NCBI GenBank assembly: GCA_965223905.1
Contig: CBDCXV010000001.1
Location: 1,408,001 to 1,472,000 of the forward strand
Length of the DNA stretch: 64,000 bases
Source: Candidatus Latescibacterota bacterium
GTDB taxonomy: Bacteria; Latescibacterota; UBA2968; UBA8231
Direction of reading: 5' to 3'
Both the position numbers and the translations under genes were made by a program. Numbering within the stretch: the stretch's first letter is position 1; each line of letters opens with the position of its first letter. Shown piece by piece: positions 50,658-61,258 of this stretch. The notes beneath the pieces are model-generated. The model did not search any database, was not told where the DNA came from, and saw only the letters and a program-made list of their open reading frames with translations.

Positions 50658-51452
50658 ATGACCGACACGATCACCGAAACATTCACCGCTCACAAACCCG
50701 GCTTCGACCGCGACGGCTACGCGGTGGTGCCTGAGTTTCTCACCGGGGAGGAGTTCGCCGAGCTGCAGGAGAACCTCGACCGCTACATCCGCGACGTAGT
50801 GCCGACCCTGCCCGACTCGGACGCCTTCTACCAGGACCGCAGCCGGCCCGAGACCCTGAAGCAGATGCAGCACATGGGCAACGATCCGTTCTTCGCCGAA
50901 TACGCCAGGCATCCGCGCTGGATGAGGCTGGCCGAGGACCTGCTCGGAGAGCCGGCCGATGCCAAGGAGCCGGAGTGGTTCAACAAGCCGCCGAACACCC
51001 TGCATCCCACGCCTCCGCACCAGGACAACTACTACTTCAACCTGAAACCGGCCAACGCGGCGACCATCTGGCTGGCGCTGGACCCGGTCGACGAGGAGAA
51101 CGGCTGTCTGCGCTACGTCGCCGGGGCGCACAAGCGCGGCCTGCGACCGCACGCGGCGACCAGCGTGCTCGGATTCTCCCAGGGGATCTCCGACTTCGGG
51201 CCGGAGGACGAAGCGCGGGAGGTCGCCATCCGCTTGCGCCCCGGGGATGCCGCGGTGCACCACTGCGAGATCATCCACCGGGCCGACCCGAACAGGTCGG
51301 CGACGCGTTCCCGCCGGGCCTTCGCCATGGTGATGTACGGCGACAGCTGCCGCCTCGACGAGGAGGCCCACCAGCGCTACCTCGATTCGGCGCGCCGGCA
51401 GCACCAGTCGATGGGGCTGGAAGCTGGGAAGGTCCAGGGGGTGGAGGCGTGA
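50658..51452 (+). CDS. Phytanoyl-CoA dioxygenase (PhyH) family protein
   Basis: FDRDGY, PHQDNYY, WLALD..DEENGCL, HRADPNRS..RR. Confidence 0.9.
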   Translation: MTDTITETFTAHKPGFDRDGYAVVPEFLTGEEFAELQENLDRYIRDVVPTLPDSDAFYQDRSRPETLKQMQHMGNDPFFAEYARHPRWMRLAEDLLGEPADAKEPEWFNKPPNTLHPTPPHQDNYYFNLKPANAATIWLALDPVDEENGCLRYVAGAHKRGLRPHAATSVLGFSQGISDFGPEDEAREVAIRLRPGDAAVHHCEIIHRADPNRSATRSRRAFAMVMYGDSCRLDEEAHQRYLDSARRQHQSMGLEAGKVQGVEA

Positions 51453-51710
51453 ATCGCTCCTCCCGGATCGGGAAAATCAGGCCATCCCAGGACCTGCCTG
51501 CCGCCCCTGTCGGACCCGGTGAGAGATGACAGGGAGGTTTCCCTGGGACGGGCAGAGCAGCCCGCGGTTTCGGGGATGCGGACCCGGTGATTTCCAGAAC
51601 GGAAAGACCGGCGTGCGCCGAGCCGGGCAAGGCGCCCCGGTTCCCTTGAGAAAACAATCCCTTGCACCGGGAAGCGCCCGGCGGGACGGGGGTCCTCGCT
51701 TCATTCACGG

Positions 51711-52934
51711 ATGAACTTCCTTCGCGGGTTTTCCCTGAACGGGATTTCTACCGGAATCGTCTTCTCCCTTGGAATGGTCAACCACTGGCTGTTGGCCAAC
51801 CACCTCGGCAAGGCAGGATACGGGCAGCTTGCCCTGTGGACCACCGCCGCGGTGATCGCCGCCACCCTGCTGGGGGAATGGCTGCGCCGCGGGACCACCT
51901 ACGTCGTGGGGCGGGAGGATGCAGGCGCCACGGCGCGCGACAACGCGCTGCTCTGTTTTCTGGCGCTGTTCGCCGCGTGCCTGGGGATTGCCTGGCTGGG
52001 GGCGGGGACCGCCTCCCGGTTTCTGGGGCCGCTGGCGCTCTCGTGGTGGCCGCTTCTGGCGGCGCTGCCGGCGCTCGTCGTCCTGCAGCGCGCCGGGCAG
52101 GCGGTGCTGCTGGGAATGGACCGCATCCGTCCGTACGCGGTGGTTCCGGTTGTCTTCATCGCCGCCTACCTCGGAGGCAACGCGGTGCTCCTGTCGGCGG
52201 GGGAGCTGAGCCTGCGGACCGCGCTCTTCTTTTACGCGGGCGCCGCGGGCCTGGCGGGCATGACCGCCTTTGCCGTGCTGGGAAGCGCCGGCGGCTTCAC
52301 CTGGGGCGACCGGCGGCTCCTGCGGCGGACGCTTGCCGTGGGAGGGCGGGGCGCCGTCTCGGTGGTGCTGGTCCTCCTGCTCCTGCGCGGGGATGTTTTC
52401 CTCATCGAGCACTTTCTCGGCGAGGCCTCGGTCGGCAGCTACCGCGTTGCCCTGAACTTCGCCGAGATGATGCAGCGGGTGCCCGACGTGGCCGGCGCCG
52501 TGCTGCTGGCCAAGGTGGTGCGCGGCGAGGACGGCCAGTTGAGCCTGCGGGTGGCCCGGGGCATATTGCTCTTTTCGCTGGCTGCCGCCCTGGGACTGCT
52601 TGTGGCGGGCAGGCCGCTGATCGGCTGGTTGTTCCCCTCCTATCCCGAAGCCTACCTGCCCCTTGCGTGGATGCTTCCGGGGCTCGTTTTCCTCGGACTC
52701 GGTTCTGTCTGCAACACCAAGCTTGCCGGGCAGGGGTATCCGGCGGTCACCCTGTGGGCGGGGGCCGCTGCCTTTCTCCTCAACATCGGTCTCGGCTTCT
52801 GGCTCATCCCCGGCTGGGGTCTCCTGGGCGCTGCCTGGTCGAAATCGATCGCCTACACGGCGTGGGCCCTCCTGGTCGGGGGGCGCTACCTGCGCGGCGA
52901 GGGAGTGGGCTGGGGTGCCTTCCTGCGCGGCTGA
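51711..52934 (+). CDS. Polysaccharide flippase (Wzx-like)
   Basis: About 12 TM segments, LGKAGYG, DVFLI..FLG...VGSY; located in the EPS cluster. Confidence 0.8.
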   Translation: MNFLRGFSLNGISTGIVFSLGMVNHWLLANHLGKAGYGQLALWTTAAVIAATLLGEWLRRGTTYVVGREDAGATARDNALLCFLALFAACLGIAWLGAGTASRFLGPLALSWWPLLAALPALVVLQRAGQAVLLGMDRIRPYAVVPVVFIAAYLGGNAVLLSAGELSLRTALFFYAGAAGLAGMTAFAVLGSAGGFTWGDRRLLRRTLAVGGRGAVSVVLVLLLLRGDVFLIEHFLGEASVGSYRVALNFAEMMQRVPDVAGAVLLAKVVRGEDGQLSLRVARGILLFSLAAALGLLVAGRPLIGWLFPSYPEAYLPLAWMLPGLVFLGLGSVCNTKLAGQGYPAVTLWAGAAAFLLNIGLGFWLIPGWGLLGAAWSKSIAYTAWALLVGGRYLRGEGVGWGAFLRG

Positions 52935-52984
52935 TATTGCTGATGTATTGGATCACAACCACCCTGCGGGGCTGATTCGGAATC

Positions 52985-54448
52985 ATGAGTATCCTGGCTG
53001 AGAGAAACCTGAGCGACCTCTTCGACCGCCGCTGGTTTGCCGTCTTCCTGGCATTCCAGGCCGTGGTGGCAGCCGGCAGCATCTTCCTGACCGAGCTGCT
53101 GCCCTTCTTCCTGATCGGCTTGCTGGGCACTGTGCTCTACATCGCCGGGGCGCTGCTCAAGCCCTGGATCATCATCCCGCTCATAATCCTGACCTCCGGA
53201 CTGGACAGCACCGGACGGCTGTTGACCGAAGCGGGCAAGGTCAAGGGCGTCTTTCACCTGACTGGATTTCACCTGACTTTCGGGCTGCTGATCTTCGCAC
53301 TTGCAGCCCAGATCTGCCTGCAGAGACGCACCCGTTTTCCCGACTTCGAGATCAAGGCGCCCCTGATCCTGTTCCTGGGCTGTATCGCCGTGTCGCTGAC
53401 CTATTCGCCCAACCAGCCCGAGGCAACGGTCAGTTTCTTCCGGCTTTGCGCCCTGGGGTTTTTCGCCTACATGACCAAGGTCATCATCGACTCCAGGGGG
53501 GCGGTGTCGCTGGTGCTGTGGTCGATGGTCGTCTGCACCGTCGCCGGTGCGGTGATGGGAACCTACCAGGTCGTCACCGGCCAGTTCCACCTGCCGGTCA
53601 AGGTGATCACGGCGTTGGGCGGCAATGTTCCGAGGGCGACGGGAACATTCCACAACCCCAACATCTTCGCCATGTTCCTGATGAGCGGGATGCTGCCACT
53701 GCTGGCGGTTCTGCTCAACTTCCGCCTGCCTGTATGGCAGCGGCTGCTGTTCGCGCTGTCGGTCCTCATCGGCGTCGCCGGGCTGCTGGCCTCGTTCAGC
53801 CGTTCAAGCTGGGTGGCGACGATGCTGGGGGTGATGGTCATCCTCTGGCTGAGCGGCAAGCTGCGCTATCTGTTCATTCTGATGTTCGCGTCCGTTCTGC
53901 TGGTCCTGGGGCTGAAGCAGTTCGTTCCGTTTGCGGAGTACATCTTCGAGCGCTTCATATCCATCTTCACCCTGATCGATCAGTTCGGCTCGATCGGTCG
54001 AACCTCGAGCACGGCGCGCATCTTGCTGATCCTGGCCTCTCTGGACATGTTCTTCGACCATCCGATCATCGGTATCGGTTGGCGGGCTTTCCCCTATGTG
54101 TTTTCCCAGTACGCCCCCCCCGGGTATCCTCACTGGAGCCACGTCAACGAGGCCCACACGGTCGTCACCACGGTCCTGGGAGAGCTGGGCATCGTCGGTT
54201 TCGTTGTCTTTCTGTGGCTGATAGGGCGGACGTTCTTTTTGAGCCTGACACGCTTCCGGCAGATGCAGGACCCCTATTATCGCGCCGTGACGATCGGTCT
54301 GATCGCCACCTTCGTAGGTTTCCAGGTCAACCAGTCCTTCAACGGCGACCTGCCCAACAACATGTTCTGGTTCTGTATCGGAATGATGTTTGCCGTGCAT
54401 CACCTGGATGCCGATTCCCGTACGGAGCCGGATTCCGACCCGGCGTGA
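52985..54448 (+). CDS. O-antigen ligase/Wzy polymerase family protein
   Basis: RATGTFHNPN, SFSRSSW, HPIIGIG, AHT...ELGIVG. Confidence 0.85.
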   Translation: MSILAERNLSDLFDRRWFAVFLAFQAVVAAGSIFLTELLPFFLIGLLGTVLYIAGALLKPWIIIPLIILTSGLDSTGRLLTEAGKVKGVFHLTGFHLTFGLLIFALAAQICLQRRTRFPDFEIKAPLILFLGCIAVSLTYSPNQPEATVSFFRLCALGFFAYMTKVIIDSRGAVSLVLWSMVVCTVAGAVMGTYQVVTGQFHLPVKVITALGGNVPRATGTFHNPNIFAMFLMSGMLPLLAVLLNFRLPVWQRLLFALSVLIGVAGLLASFSRSSWVATMLGVMVILWLSGKLRYLFILMFASVLLVLGLKQFVPFAEYIFERFISIFTLIDQFGSIGRTSSTARILLILASLDMFFDHPIIGIGWRAFPYVFSQYAPPGYPHWSHVNEAHTVVTTVLGELGIVGFVVFLWLIGRTFFLSLTRFRQMQDPYYRAVTIGLIATFVGFQVNQSFNGDLPNNMFWFCIGMMFAVHHLDADSRTEPDSDPA

Positions 54449-54556
54449 GGTCCCCGTCGCTTCGCGTCTTTCCCGGTTCGGCCGGTCCGAGCCGAAAGTC
54501 TTGCTCCCGGTAACAATCTTCGCAGCGCCCGAATTGGAAGAAGGCGAGGAGCAGAC

Positions 54557-55726
54557 GTGAAGGTCCTGGTCCTGTCCCACCTCTATCCCAACAGCTACGC
54601 CCCTGCGAGCGGAACCTTTGTCCACAACCAGTTGCGTTTCCTCAAGGAGCATTGCTCGCTCGAGGTGGCAGCACCCGTTCCCTGGTTTCCATTTCCCGGT
54701 TTCGGGCGCTGGAGCGCCTACCGGCGTGTCCCGCGCGTCGAGGTGGTGGACGGATTGCGGATATGTCATCCCCGGCGACTTGCGCTGCCGCGCCGCATCC
54801 TTTTCACCAGACAATGGCGTTATCATCTCGGCGCCCTGGAACGCTGCGATTTTGCCGTGCCTGATCTCGTGCACGCCCACTGCGCCTATCCGGACGGCCT
54901 CGCTGCCGTCGAATACGGAGCTCGTCACGGCAGGCCGGTAGTCGTCACCGTCCACGGTTTCGACGTCAAGGGACTTCCCAGTCTCGATCCCCGGTGGCGT
55001 CAGTTGACCATCGAAGCCCTGGAAAGAGCAGATGCCGTTATCGCCGTGAGCCGGGATCTCCGCAATGACGTCCTGGAGCTCGGGTTCAGCCCCGGAAAGG
55101 TGCGCTGGATTCCCAATGGCGTTGACTGCAGACTCTTTTCGAGAGCCGTTTCGCGGCGGTCCGGGGAAGGAGGCTGGCGCCTGCTCTACGTGGGGCGGTT
55201 CGTCGAGGAAAAGGGGTTGCGTGTCCTGCTGGAGGCGCTGGCGAAACTTCGCCGCCGGCGTTCCGATATTTCGCTTGCCCTGCTAGGGGGCCACCCGGCC
55301 ACCGGGACGTCCGAGCCGTTCCTGCCCCAGGTCGCGGCCCTGGGACTGTCGGATTGCGTGGAGTTCAGGGATGCGGTGCCCCCGGAGGAGATGCCGCGCC
55401 ACATGGCCGAGTCCGACCTCGTGGTCCTACCCAGTTTCTATGACAGCTTCGGTATCGTGCTGATCGAGGCGATGGCATGCGGCCTGCCGGTGGTGGCCAC
55501 GCGCTGCGGCGGACCGGAGGAGATGGTGGACGATTCGGTAGGGCGTTTGGTCGCAGTTGGAGACGCCGGGGACCTTGCCGAGGGCATTCTCGCGGTTATT
55601 GACGGGTACGAAGCCTACGACCAGGAGGCGATACGCCGGCGGGCAGAGGAGCGCTACGACTACCGGCGAGTGGCGGCACGGATCCACGCGCTCTACGAGA
55701 TGGTGCTGGAAGGAATGGAGAATTGA
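54557..55726 (+). CDS. Glycosyltransferase family 4
   Basis: IPNGVD, YVGRF..KG, SFGIVLIEAMACG. Confidence 0.9.
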   Translation: MKVLVLSHLYPNSYAPASGTFVHNQLRFLKEHCSLEVAAPVPWFPFPGFGRWSAYRRVPRVEVVDGLRICHPRRLALPRRILFTRQWRYHLGALERCDFAVPDLVHAHCAYPDGLAAVEYGARHGRPVVVTVHGFDVKGLPSLDPRWRQLTIEALERADAVIAVSRDLRNDVLELGFSPGKVRWIPNGVDCRLFSRAVSRRSGEGGWRLLYVGRFVEEKGLRVLLEALAKLRRRRSDISLALLGGHPATGTSEPFLPQVAALGLSDCVEFRDAVPPEEMPRHMAESDLVVLPSFYDSFGIVLIEAMACGLPVVATRCGGPEEMVDDSVGRLVAVGDAGDLAEGILAVIDGYEAYDQEAIRRRAEERYDYRRVAARIHALYEMVLEGMEN

Positions 55727-55763
55727 CCGTCGATCTCCATCGATCGACTCCTTAACGCACGAT

Positions 55764-56876
55764 CTACTGTAGGTTCAGGATGGTATCGTAGAGACGCAGC
55801 AGCTTCTCCGCCTGGGTGTCCCAGTTGTAGGTCGTCCGCGCCGCTTTCCGTCCGTTTTCACCCATCCGCCGTGCGGCCTTCGGATGTTCCCACAAATAGC
55901 GAATCGCCTCGGCCGCGGCGGGGCCGTTTTCGGGATCGACGCAGATTCCGCATTCGGCCCCTTCGACGATCCGGCGCAGGTTGGGGAAATCGGCGCAGAG
56001 GACAGGGATGCCGAAAGCCATGTACTCGAAGATTTTGGTCAGCTCCTTGCGCCGGGTGTGCCGGCTGGGGGGAAACAGGGCGAGGCCGGCGGTCCAGCAC
56101 TCGCGGAGATAGTACGAGACGATGCGCTGGTGGGGCACGTAGGCCCCACCCCCTTCGAGGTGGAGACGCTTCCGGTCGGCGCCGGCCTGCAGCTCGGCTG
56201 CCAACTGCGGATCGCAGCGGCCGACCAGGAACAGCTCGGCCTCGGGCAGATGCTGCAGAAGTTCAGCGTGGCGGTGCGCCCCGCGGTAGGGTTTGACGTT
56301 GCCGGTGTAGATAAGCCTTGGGTTCCCGGCTCGGGGACGAGCGAGCAGCCGGTCTTCGTCCAGCGCGGGGAACCGGGCGTAGTTGAGGACCGTCTCGCCT
56401 CGAGGGAAGCGCTCGGCGTAGTAGCGCTCGGCCAGGACGAGGTGGAAGTGGCGGCTGCTGCCTTCTTCCGCCCAGGCGAGGAGCCTGGCGGTCAGGGCCC
56501 GCAGGGAGGAGGGGAGGTATTCCCGTTCCTCGAGCGCGGTGCGGTTGTCCTCGTGGATGTCGTAGATCACGCGCCTGCCCAGAAGTCGCAATAGCAGGCC
56601 GGCTGGGATCAGCTCGGGGTCGTGGAAGTGATAGAGGTCGGCTCGTGTTGCCAGGGCTTTGAGGAGGGTGCGGCCGACTCCCAGGCTCATGCGCAGGATG
56701 CGGCTGTCGTAGCGGGGCAGGCTGCCTACCTGAATGCCGTCGACAGTGGAGTCGTTCCCCCCAGGGGCCAGGAGCGCGACCTCGTAGCCGGCCTCGGTCA
56801 GGGTTTTGCACTCGCGGTGGAAGACGCGGCTGTCGAAAGGGTCGTGGACGGTGGTCAAGTGAACTACGCTGGACAT
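55764..56876 (-). CDS. Glycosyltransferase family 4
   Basis: YHFHDPEL, YDIHED, KIFEYMAFG. Confidence 0.9.
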   Translation of the reverse strand: MSSVVHLTTVHDPFDSRVFHRECKTLTEAGYEVALLAPGGNDSTVDGIQVGSLPRYDSRILRMSLGVGRTLLKALATRADLYHFHDPELIPAGLLLRLLGRRVIYDIHEDNRTALEEREYLPSSLRALTARLLAWAEEGSSRHFHLVLAERYYAERFPRGETVLNYARFPALDEDRLLARPRAGNPRLIYTGNVKPYRGAHRHAELLQHLPEAELFLVGRCDPQLAAELQAGADRKRLHLEGGGAYVPHQRIVSYYLRECWTAGLALFPPSRHTRRKELTKIFEYMAFGIPVLCADFPNLRRIVEGAECGICVDPENGPAAAEAIRYLWEHPKAARRMGENGRKAARTTYNWDTQAEKLLRLYDTILNLQ

Positions 56877-57034
56877 GGGATGTGCAGGAGCTTCCCGTTC
56901 AGTTCCCTGCCCCTGCCCCGAAACTCCCCGGACCATCCGCCGGGAACCCGAACGGTTGCGACTACTGCAACCGGGAAAGATAATAGGATGGATACCCTCC
57001 GACCTTGTTTTTTCCTCTCACTCCTGCAATCCGG

Positions 57035-58183
57035 ATGCTCGTAGTCGCTTTTTGGGCTTCTGTTTTTCTCGTCGCCCACACCTACCTGATCTACCCCATC
57101 TTGCTTTACCTCCTGACAGTGGGGCGCCGAACGCCGAGGTACGCCCCGCCGGAGGAGTTGCCCGGGGTGGCGATCATTATCGCCGCCTACAATGAAGAAG
57201 CCGTGCTGCGAGCCAAGCTGGAAAATACCCTGGCCATCGATTACCCTGCGGAAAAACTGGACGTCGTCGTGGTCTCGGACGCTTCCACCGACGGCACCGA
57301 CCGCATCGCCTCCGACTTCGCAGGACGCGGGGTGCGCCTTCACCGCATGCCTGGGCGCAGCGGCAAAACCGCGGCGCAGAACGCGGGCGTAGAGCTGGCG
57401 CGGGGGGCTTACCTGGTGTTTTCAGACGCCAACAGCATGTACGCTCCCGACGCCCTCAGGCAGCTCCTTGCCCCATTTGCCGACGCCGGGGTCGGGTGCG
57501 TCTGCGGCGAGCTGCAATACGTCAACCCGGGCGAGGGAGGAGCCGGCAAGGGCGAGGGGGTCTACTGGCGCTACGAGCAGTTCCTCAAGCTCAGGGAGAG
57601 CATGCTGAGCTCGGCCCTGGGGGCCAACGGGGCGATTTACGCGCTGAGGCGCGACTGCTTCGAGGTGCTGGGCAGCGAGATCATCAGCGACTTCATCGTG
57701 CCGGTCCGCATCTGGCGCCAGGGCTACCGGGTGGTGTACGCGCCGCTGGCAGTGGCCACTGAAGTCAGCACCGGCACCTTCGCCGACGAGTGCCGCCGCC
57801 GCCGCCGCATCGTCTCCCGCTCGCTGTTCGGTCTCTGGACCCAGCGCGGGGTGCTCAATCCGGCAGCTCATCTCCTTTTCGCCTTTCAGGTAGCGTCGCA
57901 CAAGCTGCTGCGCTGGCTGGTGCCGGTGTTTCTCCTGGCGGCACTCGCCCTGAATCTGCTTCTGGCTTGGGAAGAGGGAATCTATCGCGTCCTGCTGGCC
58001 CTGCAGGGTGGTTTTTACGGACTGGCGCTGCTGGGAATGGCGCTGCCGGAGCGGTTCGGGCGGACCTGGCTGTTCTACATCCCCGCCTATTTCTGCTCAA
58101 CCAACTGGGGGGCTTTGCTGGGGCTGCTGCACTTCCTGAGCGGCCGCCGCCACCGGGTCTGGCAGCCGGTCGGCAGGGGTTAG
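57035..58183 (+). CDS. Glycosyltransferase family 2
   Basis: IAAYNEE, SDASTDGT, GKTAAQN, FSDAN. Confidence 0.9.
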   Translation: MLVVAFWASVFLVAHTYLIYPILLYLLTVGRRTPRYAPPEELPGVAIIIAAYNEEAVLRAKLENTLAIDYPAEKLDVVVVSDASTDGTDRIASDFAGRGVRLHRMPGRSGKTAAQNAGVELARGAYLVFSDANSMYAPDALRQLLAPFADAGVGCVCGELQYVNPGEGGAGKGEGVYWRYEQFLKLRESMLSSALGANGAIYALRRDCFEVLGSEIISDFIVPVRIWRQGYRVVYAPLAVATEVSTGTFADECRRRRRIVSRSLFGLWTQRGVLNPAAHLLFAFQVASHKLLRWLVPVFLLAALALNLLLAWEEGIYRVLLALQGGFYGLALLGMALPERFGRTWLFYIPAYFCSTNWGALLGLLHFLSGRRHRVWQPVGRG

Positions 58184-58241
58184 TCGCGCCCCAGCATGGC
58201 CTTGTCGCGGTCGACAGCGGTCGCAGACCCGGCGATCGGGC

Positions 58242-59438
58242 TCAGGTGATTTCCCGTTGCTCGTCCCGCCAGCGCTGCTGGATGACCCGGACATACACCA
58301 TCCCCAGCGTATAGCTGAGTGAGGCGAAGAGGCTGAGCACGCCGGTGATGAGGACGATGAGCAGCCGCTGCGGCCTGGCCTTGAGCTCCGGCGCGACCGC
58401 CGGATCGAGGACCTGCACCGTCGATGTCGTGTTCTTGGCCTCGATCAGCGCCTCGGCCTCCTGCTGCAGCAGGAGCTGGAGCAGTGCCTTCTGCACCAGG
58501 ACGTCCTTTTCCAAGGTCGCGAACTCCATGGCCACGCCCGGGATCTGCTTCAGCGGCAGAAAGAGGTTTTCGTCCAGCTCCAGCTGCAGCGTCTTGTTGC
58601 GGAGCAGGTTGGTGCCTCCGACATCGATCCCGTCACGTAACATGACCATCATCTCCTCCCGCAGCATGATCTCCTGCTGGAGCTTCTTCACCCTGTCGTG
58701 TCCGGCGTCGAGTCCGGAAAGAATCAGCCCCTTGCGGGCGATCTCCAGCTCCATGGCTTCGGTCTGCATCCTCGCCGCGGCCCGGATAACCGCGCGGGCC
58801 TGCTCCTCGATGGATATGGCGTTGTACTCTGATTGAAATTCCTCCAGCCGCTCCATCTTGTCCTCCAGCTTGCGGTCCTCTTCGTCCAGGAGCTGGCGGA
58901 TGAAGCCGAGGCGCTCGTGAGCGGTCTTCTGCGAGATCTGCTTGTTGGTTACGTCGAGCAGTTCGATGTAATGAGCCGCCATGTCGGCGGCCCTCTGCGG
59001 GTCCTGGTCCAGTACGGCAATCAGAATCGTGCCGTCTTCGGTTTTGTCGACCGTGGTCTTGGCGGCGAGAATCTCGATCGCATCGGTCATGGTTTCGGCT
59101 TCGTAGCGCTGCTGCAGGTCGTACTTCTCGACCATCTGTCGCCGTGTCATCTGGCTTGTCAGCGTGGCGATGAAGATGTCGGCCGGCGTGCCCTTTTCTC
59201 CCAGGCGCAACGTCGGGATCGGGAGCGCCGAAAGCAGGTCGGAAAAGCCGAACCCCTGCTTTTGCTCCTTGGGCGGAAGAATCTGCGCCGTCGCTTCGAA
59301 CTCCTCCGGCACCAGGAAGCTGAGCGCCCCGGCCAGGACGCACATGCCCAGGGTGCCGCCGAGAATCATTCTCCTGCCCGCGTGCAGAGCGGCCAGCAGG
59401 TCGAGGATATCGGCTTCCTTTTTTCCTTCTCTCTCCAT
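58242..59438 (-). CDS. Polysaccharide chain-length determinant (Wzz/GumC-like)
   Basis: Two terminal TM helices, a coiled coil, and VQVLDPAVAPELKARP. Confidence 0.85.
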   Translation of the reverse strand: MEREGKKEADILDLLAALHAGRRMILGGTLGMCVLAGALSFLVPEEFEATAQILPPKEQKQGFGFSDLLSALPIPTLRLGEKGTPADIFIATLTSQMTRRQMVEKYDLQQRYEAETMTDAIEILAAKTTVDKTEDGTILIAVLDQDPQRAADMAAHYIELLDVTNKQISQKTAHERLGFIRQLLDEEDRKLEDKMERLEEFQSEYNAISIEEQARAVIRAAARMQTEAMELEIARKGLILSGLDAGHDRVKKLQQEIMLREEMMVMLRDGIDVGGTNLLRNKTLQLELDENLFLPLKQIPGVAMEFATLEKDVLVQKALLQLLLQQEAEALIEAKNTTSTVQVLDPAVAPELKARPQRLLIVLITGVLSLFASLSYTLGMVYVRVIQQRWRDEQREIT

Positions 59439-59485
59439 TGGGCAGTGTTCCTTCTCCGTTAGGATATCCTGAGGCGCTACTGGGT

Positions 59486-61258
59486 TTATTGGAGAGACCG
59501 CACCACGATCACCAAGGTCAGGGTCTCGGCGAGGGTGCGCATGGTCGACTGGGTGAATTCCCAGTAATCGGTTCGCTCCTTCTGCGGCACCCAGATCTCG
59601 TCGCCGACCTCGACCGGCAGATCGTTTTTCAGCTTCTCGCGGAAATTCGTGCGCGCCCGGATGATCCGGGCCCCTCGCTTGTCGGCGTCGAAGGTGTATC
59701 CGCCGGACTTTGCCATGTAGTAGCCCACATCGTGCCCCGGCTCATAGTCGACCAGGCCTGGTTTCTTCACTTGGCCGCTGATGCTGATGGTGCGCCGTCG
59801 CTTGGGGACGTAGATCACGTCGCCGCTTTCGAGGGGGATGTTCTGCTCCTCGTCATCGTACATGAACAGTCGCTCGAAGTCGATCGCGGCCCGCCCTTTC
59901 TCCTCGCGAGCCTTGGTCTTGAGATAGGCCCGGTCTTCGTCGTCCATGTGAGCCAACCCGGACACTGCCCTCAGGCTCCGCAACCGCTGCAGCTCCGGGT
60001 CGAGCCGGGACCGCAGCTTGGAGCGAATCACCTTGGCGCCGATCAGCGAGGCGTCCTCGCTCAGACCGCCGGCCAGGGCCACCACGTCGCTGACCCGGGT
60101 GACCCCCGGGATGATGCGGTAGCGGCCCACGTACGCGACCTCGCCCAGGATCACCGACGTAGGCATCAGCTGCCATTGCGAACGCGCCCGGATAAAAACC
60201 ATGTCGTTGGGTTGCAGGACGAGGTGGCGAATATCATCATAGACGAATCCCCCCTTTCCGGGCTCGTTGCTGCCCAGCGGGATGACCTCGGTCTCCTCGG
60301 TTCCCTCCTTGAAGCGCCACAGCTCGGCCTTGACCAGGGGGGCGGCGCGCCTCAAGCCCTTGGCCAGCTTCACCAAGTCCTCAATCGTGTCCCCGGGACG
60401 GTACTCCTGCTGCCCTTCCCGGTTGACGGCGCCGAAAATGAACACCGCGGCGTCGCGGAACCCGACGTGGACCACGTCCCCCATACGCACGTAGGGGTTG
60501 TGCGCGATTTCGCCGGTGGAGAGAAACATGTCGAGATCGACGATTTCGACGGTGCCTTCTCGATGGGTCACCTTGATCGAGCGCCGTCCAGTCGCCCGCC
60601 TGACCATCCGGCGCACTCGGGTAACCTCCTTGCCGCCGACCTCGTCTCTGAAGGTGGTGCCGCGCAAATCGTCCAAAAAACCCCCGGCCAGCTCAATCAG
60701 GTCCGACATCCGCGTGGTCGGATGGATGGTTAAGCTGCCTTCCTGCAGCACGGCACCGGTGACATAGGCGGTGAAGAAGCGCATGCTCGCCAGGGTGAGG
60801 GTGATGTCGACGCCAGGGTACTTGCCTTGCGCCGCGGCGAGGATCCTTTTCTTGGCATCGGCCAGAACCTCGCCCGAGACTTCGAACGCGCCGACGGTGG
60901 GGATAAGGACATTGCCCACAGGATCGACTTGCAGCATGTAGGAAAGGTCGAACTCGCCCCAGATATAGAGCTGCAGCACGTCTCCGGGGCCGACGATATA
61001 GGTCGACGGGTCGATTTCCCGGTCCTGGCTGATACGCAGCTTCTCCACCTCCTCGCCGCTGGGCAGGCGGATTTTGCCGGAAACCAGGTCCTCTCCCGGC
61101 CCCGGCAGGTCGGCTCCGGGAATCTGCTGCAGCTCGGCTTCTTCCAGCTCGCCCTCCTCGACCAGCCTCTGCAGTTCCTCTTCGTCCTGAGTAAAACCAG
61201 GCCCTGCCGTGGCGTGGAGAATAAGGGCGAGAGCGAGTGCGAAAATCCGTATTGACAT
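59486..61258 (-). CDS. Polysaccharide export protein with SLBB repeats (Wza/KpsD-like)
   Basis: YIVGPGDVLQLYIWG and repeated GAV..G / GDVIYVP motifs. Confidence 0.88.
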   Translation of the reverse strand: MSIRIFALALALILHATAGPGFTQDEEELQRLVEEGELEEAELQQIPGADLPGPGEDLVSGKIRLPSGEEVEKLRISQDREIDPSTYIVGPGDVLQLYIWGEFDLSYMLQVDPVGNVLIPTVGAFEVSGEVLADAKKRILAAAQGKYPGVDITLTLASMRFFTAYVTGAVLQEGSLTIHPTTRMSDLIELAGGFLDDLRGTTFRDEVGGKEVTRVRRMVRRATGRRSIKVTHREGTVEIVDLDMFLSTGEIAHNPYVRMGDVVHVGFRDAAVFIFGAVNREGQQEYRPGDTIEDLVKLAKGLRRAAPLVKAELWRFKEGTEETEVIPLGSNEPGKGGFVYDDIRHLVLQPNDMVFIRARSQWQLMPTSVILGEVAYVGRYRIIPGVTRVSDVVALAGGLSEDASLIGAKVIRSKLRSRLDPELQRLRSLRAVSGLAHMDDEDRAYLKTKAREEKGRAAIDFERLFMYDDEEQNIPLESGDVIYVPKRRRTISISGQVKKPGLVDYEPGHDVGYYMAKSGGYTFDADKRGARIIRARTNFREKLKNDLPVEVGDEIWVPQKERTDYWEFTQSTMRTLAETLTLVIVVRSLQ

